DNA of 64,000 nucleotides. It comes from a virus. Taxonomy: Duplodnaviria > Caudoviricetes. The position numbers and the translations under genes were made by a program. Under the pieces are notes generated by a model. The model saw only the letters and a program-made list of their open reading frames with translations. It was not told where the DNA came from and ran no database searches. Positions 28,715-36,592 of this stretch are shown piece after piece (within the stretch, counting starts at the first letter, position 1; each line of letters begins with the position of its first letter). Location: positions 63,492-127,491 of the IMG/VR virus record IMGVR_UViG_3300031993_000027. The stretch is one strand, 5' to 3'.

Positions 28715-29044
28715 TTAGTATTTGTCTATCTTTGCCAACGCTCTATCATCAGGGAACACCGCAAAAAAGAAATCCCAAAATTCTTTTGCTAATTCCCTAT
28801 CATCAATATCTCCATATTCATACTCTTTAGCGAGTGTTTCCCCTGTACTTCCCTTAATCGGATTAGTAGGGTCAGATATTGCTTTCCAAAACTCCCTACA
28901 CACTTTATAGAAAAGATTGTAAGGGTCAGAATTGATAGCATAGTTCCAATCCTTGATTTCATTCATAAAAGCCTTCATAGTGACAGCGTTTTGAACGGCT
29001 TTTATTCCATCAGAGTCATATAACATTTCTACTACTCTAATCAT
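28715..29044 (-). CDS. hypothetical protein with leader MIRVVE
   Basis: ORF, AAGGAG SD. Confidence 0.7.
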   Translation of the reverse strand: MIRVVEMLYDSDGIKAVQNAVTMKAFMNEIKDWNYAINSDPYNLFYKVCREFWKAISDPTNPIKGSTGETLAKEYEYGDIDDRELAKEFWDFFFAVFPDDRALAKIDKY

Positions 29045-29424
29045 AGCAGGTCTCCTTTATCTACTTGTTCGTCATAAACATATACTTCATCAAGCCAATC
29101 ATAGCGACTGTGACCATCACGAACGTCTCCTGCAAGAACAATTTTTACTGACAAACTTTCTTCGCCAACACTTCCGTATCCGTAATCTTTTCTGCCCTTT
29201 TTGTGATAAGGTTTCAAGTCGATAGACTTCATAAACTGTTTTGCTTCTGTCTTTGTCCTGAATCCTTCAGGTGTAGTGTAAATGTTTCTGCGGAAAGTTT
29301 GACCTGTTACTCCTTCTGCATATTGATAAAAATACCTTGTCTCAATAACATATCTGTTTTCAGGGATGTTTAAGTTCTCCCATCTACAAGTTCTAGGCTT
29401 TTCGCTCTCTAAAATTCTAATCAT
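29041..29424 (-). CDS. hypothetical protein with leader MIRILE
   Basis: Start moved to ATG 29424 after GGGAGG. Confidence 0.7.
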   Translation of the reverse strand: MIRILESEKPRTCRWENLNIPENRYVIETRYFYQYAEGVTGQTFRRNIYTTPEGFRTKTEAKQFMKSIDLKPYHKKGRKDYGYGSVGEESLSVKIVLAGDVRDGHSRYDWLDEVYVYDEQVDKGDLL

Positions 29425-29426
29425 AT

Positions 29427-29873
29427 TCAAACCTCCCAACCTATTTTTTCTGTCGTCTTCTTCAGGTTATTAAAAAACCTATTCAACGTAGAGAGACATT
29501 CCTTCTCTCCAAATGTAAGGTTAAACTTAGGACTTTTTACCCAATGATACGTCTGATTACCATAAACACCCATCTTCTTAACGTAATGCCTATAACAAAG
29601 TATTGTAGGCACATCACTATCTTTTAGCGATTTATAAACGCTAACCTCGACCTGAAATGTGTCGTTCGCTCTGTTTGCTTCTTCGAGACTAGAATAGTTT
29701 CCGTAGAAGAATTTGAACATATTAACATCGTCCTCTCCGTCATCATCATCAAAGTCGTATACTTTGCCGTGTTCATAGAAGCAAGAACCATTAGGGAAGA
29801 TACTAAGATACAGGTCTTTTACTTGCTCGAAGAAGTCTTCGTATCTGCCGTTGTTTTCTATAAGTCTAATCAT
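29427..29873 (-). CDS. hypothetical protein with leader MIRLIE
   Basis: ORF, AAGGAG SD. Confidence 0.7.
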   Translation of the reverse strand: MIRLIENNGRYEDFFEQVKDLYLSIFPNGSCFYEHGKVYDFDDDDGEDDVNMFKFFYGNYSSLEEANRANDTFQVEVSVYKSLKDSDVPTILCYRHYVKKMGVYGNQTYHWVKSPKFNLTFGEKECLSTLNRFFNNLKKTTEKIGWEV

Positions 29874-29888
29874 AATTAGTCTCCTTTA

Positions 29889-30269
29889 TCACAAAGTACC
29901 TAAAACTCGCCAAGGTGCTTCTTCATTAAACAGGTCTTCTCTTATCCACTTTGAAGCCTCTGTTGTTGTAGTAGCACCGTAGTTAAGAATAATTAGTTTA
30001 CCGTCTTCTATCTTATAACCCATCCAACCATATGAGCCACGATAACGAGAACCTTTTGGAATGTGTCTCCCAACAATTCCGTACTCAACGCCATTCTTAC
30101 TTCCTAACTTTTTCATAAGTCCGAAAGCATTTTCTCCTGAATAACCACGTAAAGGGTTATCATTATGCCCTTCAGGATACTGAACCCTTCCGTTAACAAT
30201 ATTGAGTTTACCGTAACCTGTTCCATTCTCCCTTCCCATTACATCTATATATTCTGCTACTCTAATCAT
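29889..30269 (-). CDS. hypothetical protein with leader MIRVAE
   Basis: Start moved to ATG 30269 after AAGGAG. Confidence 0.7.
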   Translation of the reverse strand: MIRVAEYIDVMGRENGTGYGKLNIVNGRVQYPEGHNDNPLRGYSGENAFGLMKKLGSKNGVEYGIVGRHIPKGSRYRGSYGWMGYKIEDGKLIILNYGATTTTEASKWIREDLFNEEAPWRVLGTL

Positions 30270-30273
30270 TTTA

Positions 30274-30768
30274 TTATTCTCCTTTGTTATTGTGAAAGTT
30301 AACAAGGTTGTACTTTCTACAAAATTTTTCGAGTTCTCCAATGCTAGATATTTTGTTTAATATATCCTCATACTCCTTGTAAAATTCTAAACATCCAAGA
30401 AACTCTTTAAAGGATATGCTTCCTTCAAAATAATCCCTGCAATCTTCTTCGTTGACCATGCCATCCCAAGCCAAGCAGAAGATAACCAAATATTTGCGGA
30501 AGAAATTCTTCATTTCTCTTATTTCTTTATTGCTAATTTTTCTTGGCTCGTTTCCTTTAACATAGTCCCAGTTGCTATGAAGTTCAAGATTCCCTGCATC
30601 TTCGATATGAATCTTTTCAGGGTCAAACAGTACCTTAACTCTAATATCGTGGCTAGAGTTCTTTCCTGAAAAATAAAATGAAAAAGGCAATTTGTCCGTG
30701 ACTTTAACTTTTGCTCCACGGACGTTAGCCATTTCGAACAAAAAATCTTCGTTTGAAACTTCAATCAC
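30274..30768 (-). CDS. hypothetical protein with leader MIEVSNEDFLFE
   Basis: AAGGAGGT SD, GTG start. Confidence 0.7.
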   Translation of the reverse strand: MIEVSNEDFLFEMANVRGAKVKVTDKLPFSFYFSGKNSSHDIRVKVLFDPEKIHIEDAGNLELHSNWDYVKGNEPRKISNKEIREMKNFFRKYLVIFCLAWDGMVNEEDCRDYFEGSISFKEFLGCLEFYKEYEDILNKISSIGELEKFCRKYNLVNFHNNKGE

Positions 30769-30782
30769 AGACTTTACCTCCT

Positions 30783-31160
30783 TTAACTAAAACATTCAAT
30801 CCACATCTTATATGTGGAATCGTTTGCATATCCTGATATCAGTGCTTCGAGGTCTGACACGAAGTTAAGGTATCCTTCGTCCTCGTCATACTCGAAGTTG
30901 CCGTTGTTGTCCTTCATCGTCTGAACGATTTTGTCATTGTACTGCTTCGCCCATCCTGAAAAGTCACAGCAAGCGCAATATCCCGACACAGAGACAATCT
31001 CTACGTTCCTTGCCAACATATCAAGGAACTTGTAGTAGTTGTCCTCCAAAGGGTCATGTATATCATAACACAGAGCGACCATCATATCGAGTTCTGTATC
31101 GCCTACATCTTGGTCAAAGTATCCATCGTCTACTTCGATTGCATAATCCCTAATCTTCAT
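30783..31160 (-). CDS. acidic hypothetical protein
   Basis: GAGGAG SD; downstream of promoter 31206-31235. Confidence 0.7.
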   Translation of the reverse strand: MKIRDYAIEVDDGYFDQDVGDTELDMMVALCYDIHDPLEDNYYKFLDMLARNVEIVSVSGYCACCDFSGWAKQYNDKIVQTMKDNNGNFEYDEDEGYLNFVSDLEALISGYANDSTYKMWIECFS

Positions 31161-31205
31161 TGTCGTATTCTCCTCTCAAAATAAAATAACCTATTCGGTA
31201 ATCTA

Positions 31206-31235
31206 AGATTACCATAATAGGCTACCCTATGTCAA
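31206..31235 (-). promoter_or_regulatory. sigmaA-type promoter with TAGGGTAG in spacer
   Basis: TTGACA-TAGGGTAGCCTATTATGG(18)-TAATCT. Confidence 0.7.
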
Positions 31236-31243
31236 GAACTATT

Positions 31244-31624
31244 TTATTTTGGATATACGACAGGTATATCGTGGTGGATTAAGTTGTCTACTCTCTCCTG
31301 TTCTGTGGAATAGTTAGCAGGGTTGATATAGGAATTATCCCAAGCCTCTTTGAGTTGTTCTGCGTAGGCTTTGTCGATATCATCGGCACTACTGGTAGGT
31401 GTCGCATAATAATCGTTCAGGATTGCCACGATTTCTGCTTTTCTAGTAGAAGTGGCACTTGACCATTCTCCCATAAATCCGATGATTTCATCGAGCATAT
31501 CATAGGAATAGTCTTTTTCCATAACGTCTTCCGAAGAGAAGTTAGCGGATGCTTCTGCTGATACTGTGGTTATCAGGAAGTCAGAAATGTTGTCCAATCC
31601 ATTTGAAGTAACATAGAGTTTCAT
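31244..31624 (-). CDS. hypothetical protein
   Basis: ORF, AAGGAG SD. Confidence 0.7.
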   Translation of the reverse strand: MKLYVTSNGLDNISDFLITTVSAEASANFSSEDVMEKDYSYDMLDEIIGFMGEWSSATSTRKAEIVAILNDYYATPTSSADDIDKAYAEQLKEAWDNSYINPANYSTEQERVDNLIHHDIPVVYPK

Positions 31625-31641
31625 TTTTTATTCTCCTTCCA

Positions 31642-32073
31642 TTATGGTTTCAAAATACAATTATCCAACCACGCATCAATCTTAGTTGGATTCCACAATT
31701 CAAAATACCATTCACGATTATACTTTTTAAGAACTTCATTCATCTTATCTTTTAATGTAGGAGTATCATACATCATTCGATAGTATTCTTCTTTACTCAT
31801 AGGAGTTTCACCAAGTTCTCTACTGATAGACTTATATTCTCCATAATCTATAAAATCGTTTTCATCAAAATATGCTTCGGCTTCCATAGATACTTTTATA
31901 TTTTCATCTTCTTTTCCAATATCTACTCTTAACATATAATCATCAGAAGGAAGTTGACCATATAATTCTTCATAGTCATAACCAAAATGCTTATTGAATG
32001 TATCAGTAAGTTCTTTCTCTAATTGTGATTTACTAATCACTATTCCTTTAGATTCATTTAATACTGTAATCAT
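31642..32073 (-). CDS. hypothetical protein with leader MITVLNE
   Basis: AAGGAGG SD; visibly more AT-rich than neighbours. Confidence 0.7.
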   Translation of the reverse strand: MITVLNESKGIVISKSQLEKELTDTFNKHFGYDYEELYGQLPSDDYMLRVDIGKEDENIKVSMEAEAYFDENDFIDYGEYKSISRELGETPMSKEEYYRMMYDTPTLKDKMNEVLKKYNREWYFELWNPTKIDAWLDNCILKP

Positions 32074-32393
32074 TGTTTGTCCTCCTTATTAGGTTCTGTC
32101 GGAAGAGCCAAGAACTTAACTCTAAGGTCATCTATTACTCCGTTAGCACCTAGACAGTGATATTGCTTATACATATTCTCGAAGTCGTCTCTGACCCAAA
32201 TAGGGGCATATCCGAGGTCGGAATATTTTTCCCATAACTGAACTAATGAGTTCCTAAGTGATGCTTGTGTTCCCTTTGCTATTGCTTCAATCTTTTTTAG
32301 AACGGCTACAAATCCTGCCCACATAGCACCACCAAGAATAGCAGGAATACCAAGGATACCTAAGACTGTCATTACATTGCTAAATGTTTCCAT
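32070..32393 (-). CDS. holin-like single-pass membrane protein
   Basis: N-terminal TM; GTQASLR..ENMYKQYHCLGANG..LALP family often found next to lysis genes. Confidence 0.55.
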   Translation of the reverse strand: METFSNVMTVLGILGIPAILGGAMWAGFVAVLKKIEAIAKGTQASLRNSLVQLWEKYSDLGYAPIWVRDDFENMYKQYHCLGANGVIDDLRVKFLALPTEPNKEDKQ

Positions 32394-32577
32394 TTCCGAT
32401 TCACCTATTTCCGTTTCGCATATTTCCTTTTAAATCAAGGTTCTCTTCAAAATTATAATATCAAAGAGAACCCTGTTGCGCCATACTGCAATAGCAAATA
32501 TTTAGTTGTTTTTTATCTACATAACATAGATTTCAAGACTACTGGCAAGTTCTTCTATTTCTGTGCTTGCCTTTTTA

Positions 32578-33378
32578 TTACCTCTCAAAGTCTTCAAGGA
32601 ATCCATCTTCAGTATACGAACCGCCATAGCGAGCGATATCGTGGGCATAATCAGCGTAGTCGAAGTATCTTTCAAGGGTCTCTTTTCCTAACTCTTTTAT
32701 GTCTCCGTAGACCTCGGCAATATAGGCTTCACCCAAAGCACTGTCGTCACCTTCAGCAACGTTATACCAATCGTAAGCGGAAATATCAGCAAGGTCATCT
32801 ACGCCATAGCGTTCAAAGAGTTCAGCGATATACTTTTCGTCATTAGGGTCAACGTAATCGTTAGCATCGAAGTACAATGCTTCTTCCCTGCCGTACATTC
32901 CGTAATCAAAGTGATTGGAAAGAGTATCTTCATCTACGTTCTCTATACCACCTTCGAGTTCGTCAATGATTGTTCTTCCGAGAGTGTCATCATCATAAAC
33001 ATCTTCATAAAGATAGAATCTGTCAGGGTCGAAGTCTTCGATATCTTCTGCATCAACAAATCCTGCCTCGACAGCGTTCTTGAACTTCTTCATATCATAG
33101 TCGCTAAGATTGTCAATAGCCTCGGCAATCTCGTTCAACCTGCTAAGAGAATCATATTCACCGATTTCAAATCCTTCGATATCCGTTTCGTAGTCCGTGA
33201 TGAAATACTCTTCGTAGTAGTTACCATCTTCGTCAGGTTCGTCACTGATACCGATACGAGCAAATACTTCCTGAAGTTCATCGTCATCAACAGGAAGGTC
33301 TACCCATTCGCCTATCAACTCACCCTCGTTGTATTTACCGAGATTAGTAAGATATACTTTGATATGTGACATATACAT
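32578..33378 (-). CDS. ardA: antirestriction protein ArdA
   Basis: VYLTNLGKYNEGELIGEWVDLP..EEYFITDYE..YFDYADYAHD. Confidence 0.9.
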   Translation of the reverse strand: MYMSHIKVYLTNLGKYNEGELIGEWVDLPVDDDELQEVFARIGISDEPDEDGNYYEEYFITDYETDIEGFEIGEYDSLSRLNEIAEAIDNLSDYDMKKFKNAVEAGFVDAEDIEDFDPDRFYLYEDVYDDDTLGRTIIDELEGGIENVDEDTLSNHFDYGMYGREEALYFDANDYVDPNDEKYIAELFERYGVDDLADISAYDWYNVAEGDDSALGEAYIAEVYGDIKELGKETLERYFDYADYAHDIARYGGSYTEDGFLEDFER

Positions 33379-33383
33379 TCTCC

Positions 33384-33620
33384 TTACATTTCCTGTACCA
33401 TTATATAGAGAAGACCGTTATTAGGGTCAATCTCCATAGGTGAATAAAGTTCATATGTGATGTAGTTGTCTTCCTCTGCCAAATTCCTGAAGTGATAAAA
33501 AGCGTCCCTTACTGTGCCGTTAAAAAGAACATAATCGTCATCGTTAGCGTGTACGTCCTCAATCTGACACTCAATATCACCTGACAGCCAATCTCTCAAT
33601 AAATCAATCAACTCTAACAT
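33384..33620 (-). CDS. acidic hypothetical protein
   Basis: ORF, AAGGAG SD. Confidence 0.65.
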   Translation of the reverse strand: MLELIDLLRDWLSGDIECQIEDVHANDDDYVLFNGTVRDAFYHFRNLAEEDNYITYELYSPMEIDPNNGLLYIMVQEM

Positions 33621-33632
33621 AGTTTTTCTCCT

Positions 33633-34418
33633 TTATCTGCTTTTTCCAATAAGAGTATAAATATAAATGTTGCAGTCCGTATTTACTTTTCTTATTAGTC
33701 TCACCAATTCTTGTATTGTATTCCCTGTGGTAAGAATATCATCTACCACTAATACATTCCTTGCATCTTCTAACTTAATTGCAGTATTTAAGTCCTGTTC
33801 AGATATGTTTAAATAATCCATTATAAATCTTCTATATTTAGGTCTTACATCCCTAGCCAAAGAGAAATAATCAAGTTTATGTATCTTGGGCATAAGCACA
33901 TTGTTAACATAGTCTAACATTTGTTTCTTAGAATATTCGTTTTCTATCTCATAATCGAATCTTTCGTAATCAAAGTTGATTTCGCTAGGTATGGATTTGA
34001 CCGCCTCAATAGAACATCTTTTCATATCCCTTGATGTTACATCCCCAATAGCCTTGATTATTTTATTTACAAGTTCACTTCTGCCTGACCTTGGGCAAAC
34101 AAAACAGTCAATGGAATGAGTTCTAATGTGTTTGTCCAGTTCTCCAAGAGGTCTTTTCAAAAACCTATCAAGAGTGAGTTCGGGTACACTTCTATCTGTA
34201 AGTCCTTTTAGAAAATAAATAAACCTTTTTCTTTTGTCAGAAGTAGATGTATCGGAAAACTCATATCCAAACCAAAACGTCTTATCGTCAGCATCAAAAG
34301 AGCGCAGGACAGGATTAACAAACTCAATTAAGTCTGAAGATTCATTATTTTCAAAGTCAAACTCAAAATCATTTGTTTTAGGATTAAATCTAATTCCCTC
34401 GTTTATAACCCTAATCAT
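33633..34418 (-). CDS. type I phosphoribosyltransferase domain protein with leader MIRVINE
   Basis: PRPP-binding loop VLVVDDILTTGNT. Confidence 0.75.
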   Translation of the reverse strand: MIRVINEGIRFNPKTNDFEFDFENNESSDLIEFVNPVLRSFDADDKTFWFGYEFSDTSTSDKRKRFIYFLKGLTDRSVPELTLDRFLKRPLGELDKHIRTHSIDCFVCPRSGRSELVNKIIKAIGDVTSRDMKRCSIEAVKSIPSEINFDYERFDYEIENEYSKKQMLDYVNNVLMPKIHKLDYFSLARDVRPKYRRFIMDYLNISEQDLNTAIKLEDARNVLVVDDILTTGNTIQELVRLIRKVNTDCNIYIYTLIGKSR

Positions 34419-34429
34419 GCACTTCTCCT

Positions 34430-35131
34430 TTATCTTATATTGTCGAGATAATGTTCTATAAACTCGTATGCCTCGTCATAGGCTTTCCACAAAGCCTTAT
34501 TTCCGCTTCCCACGACAGGGAAGAATGCTACTTCCTCACCGTCGATTTCTGCGTAGAAACCATCCTTACCGTCACGATAATCGTCATATCCGATTGCACA
34601 ACCGTTGTCCAACTCGTCATACCATTGAGGAACGTTGTTAAAAAGCCACTCACGAGCATATTCTTCATAGTCGTCATCGTAATCCTCTCTGTAATCCTCG
34701 TTCCTTGTAAGGAAGTCAAGAAGGGAAGAAACCTTACGGAAATCCTCTTGGTCTTCAAAGTCTTCAAGGTTGTTCGCCATATAAGAGAAGAATCCGTCAT
34801 AGGAACTGTACTTCTCTTTAAGGAATTGAGCAAATTCAGGGTCGTTGATGCACTCGTCATATATCTTCTGATAATCCTCGTCAGAGATATCAAGAGTGAA
34901 ATTGAGTGTATCTGTTTCGAAGTTATAGTACCTCGGCATATATACGGAAAAATCAGATATCTTGGCACTAGGGCAATACTCTCTGATTCTCTCTTCTACC
35001 AAGTCAGGTGCATTAGCAAGAATACAGTTCTTGATATCATCTGCATCACATACGAAATCCTCGTACATCGGTGTTCCATAACTTCCTACATAGATAACAG
35101 GAATTAGGTTGTTACTAACTTCAACTCTCAT
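34430..35131 (-). CDS. acidic hypothetical protein
   Basis: PRYYNFETD..YSSYDGFFS; AAGGAG SD. Confidence 0.7.
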   Translation of the reverse strand: MRVEVSNNLIPVIYVGSYGTPMYEDFVCDADDIKNCILANAPDLVEERIREYCPSAKISDFSVYMPRYYNFETDTLNFTLDISDEDYQKIYDECINDPEFAQFLKEKYSSYDGFFSYMANNLEDFEDQEDFRKVSSLLDFLTRNEDYREDYDDDYEEYAREWLFNNVPQWYDELDNGCAIGYDDYRDGKDGFYAEIDGEEVAFFPVVGSGNKALWKAYDEAYEFIEHYLDNIR

Positions 35132-35142
35132 ACTTTTTCTCC

Positions 35143-35511
35143 TTATCTCATTGCGTTTTCGATTGCTTCTTCAACAGTAATCTTTTCTACTTTAGGGTCG
35201 TCTGACATATACTCGATAGCGTATACAAAATCAACGTTTTCAATATCGTAACCTTCTTCTTCAAAAGCATCTTCAAGGGATTCATCAAGTGGATACTGAA
35301 GAACCTGTTCCATTGCGCCACTTACTTTTCCGTTTTCCATTTCCTGAAGCCATCCCTGCTTATCAGACCAATCCTTATCAACATAATCCCAAATAGCCAC
35401 AGGGTACAAATCCCAAACTATGTAGGTGTTGTTATCAAGGATTTCTTCTTGGCGTTCCATACGAGCGTTTTTGATTACATAAAGGCGTTTGCCATTAAAA
35501 ACTAATCTCAT
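35143..35511 (-). CDS. acidic hypothetical protein
   Basis: ORF, AAGGAG SD. Confidence 0.7.
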   Translation of the reverse strand: MRLVFNGKRLYVIKNARMERQEEILDNNTYIVWDLYPVAIWDYVDKDWSDKQGWLQEMENGKVSGAMEQVLQYPLDESLEDAFEEEGYDIENVDFVYAIEYMSDDPKVEKITVEEAIENAMR

Positions 35512-35522
35512 GTTTTTTCTCC

Positions 35523-35834
35523 TTAATATTTTTCGTAATAATATCTGCTGTTACTGTTGTCACTGTCCCAAAACTCCGTTTGAAAGAGTTTCACGTCCAA
35601 AGAAATCTTACACTTGTTGATTTCCATTTCAACGGTCTTGTAGTAAGGTGACATAACCTCATACCACATAGCGTTATCTTCGCAAAGGTATTCTTTGTGA
35701 TAAGAACTGTACTCGTCCATAGGGTTTGTATAGACCTTTTTAAGACCCTTATGTTTCTTAATGAACGCCTTTTTCTGTTCGTTGTATTCAGCCTGTGTCA
35801 CTACCATCATACCGCTACCCTCCTTCTTAATCAA
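35523..35834 (-). CDS. hypothetical protein
   Basis: ORF; true start probably MMVVTQ. Confidence 0.65.
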   Translation of the reverse strand: MIKKEGSGMMVVTQAEYNEQKKAFIKKHKGLKKVYTNPMDEYSSYHKEYLCEDNAMWYEVMSPYYKTVEMEINKCKISLDVKLFQTEFWDSDNSNSRYYYEKY

Positions 35835-36520
35835 TCCTGACGGAAGATATAAAGGTCGTTCTGAATGTTTTCTTTTCCATCATATCTAGCAAGGTTGTTA
35901 CCATAGCCATCCCATGACTTAACCTCGTCAACGATAGCCTGAAGGTCGTATCCTGCTCCGATATATCCTTCGCTGATACCATTATTCAATTCACTCTCTC
36001 CGTAAACGTCGATGTACCATTGAACATAATCACCGTTGTACTCTTCTGCATCTTTTTTGTTGAGATATTCTGTATACTTGTCAACAAGGTCAAGGTCTCC
36101 CTCGTAGTTACCATCATCGTCAAGTTTAGATTCAGATATGATATCTGCTTCAAGACACTCGTCGATAAGCCTGTTTGCTCCTATTTCACCGCTTTCTGAC
36201 TGGATATCTTCAGCATACAACCTGTTATCCTCTTCACAGGCTTCTTCAAACCAATCTTGGTCAAGAGCGTTTTGGCAAATCCAATTAAAGAAGTCAGGAG
36301 AGAAACTGCTGATACCTACCTCGTCAATGAAGTTATCAACATCTTCATAAAGGGCATCGTCGGCTTCGACCTCGGTCATAACCGTGTAGGTCTCTCCGTC
36401 TACTTCATACTCGTCCCACTTATCAGGATTGTCAGGGGAAGACCCCTTGTACTCTACCTGCGATTCATCTACTTCCATAAATTCTGCAAGAGCCTTAATC
36501 TTTTCATCTAAAGTTGCCAT
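35831..36520 (-). CDS. very acidic hypothetical protein (possible DNA mimic)
   Basis: First gene after promoter 36553-36581; D/E-rich. Confidence 0.7.
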   Translation of the reverse strand: MATLDEKIKALAEFMEVDESQVEYKGSSPDNPDKWDEYEVDGETYTVMTEVEADDALYEDVDNFIDEVGISSFSPDFFNWICQNALDQDWFEEACEEDNRLYAEDIQSESGEIGANRLIDECLEADIISESKLDDDGNYEGDLDLVDKYTEYLNKKDAEEYNGDYVQWYIDVYGESELNNGISEGYIGAGYDLQAIVDEVKSWDGYGNNLARYDGKENIQNDLYIFRQD

Positions 36521-36548
36521 TCTTTTTCTCCTTTGTTTAGTATCGTAA

Positions 36549-36581
36549 ACTTAGGATAGCATATATGCTACCCTAAGTCAA
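36549..36581 (-). promoter_or_regulatory. sigmaA-type promoter overlapped by a 30-bp near-perfect palindrome containing TAGGGTAG
   Basis: TTGACT-17-TATCCT; ACTTAGGATAGCATATATGCTACCCTAAGT. Confidence 0.75.
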
Positions 36582-36592
36582 CAACTTTTTAT

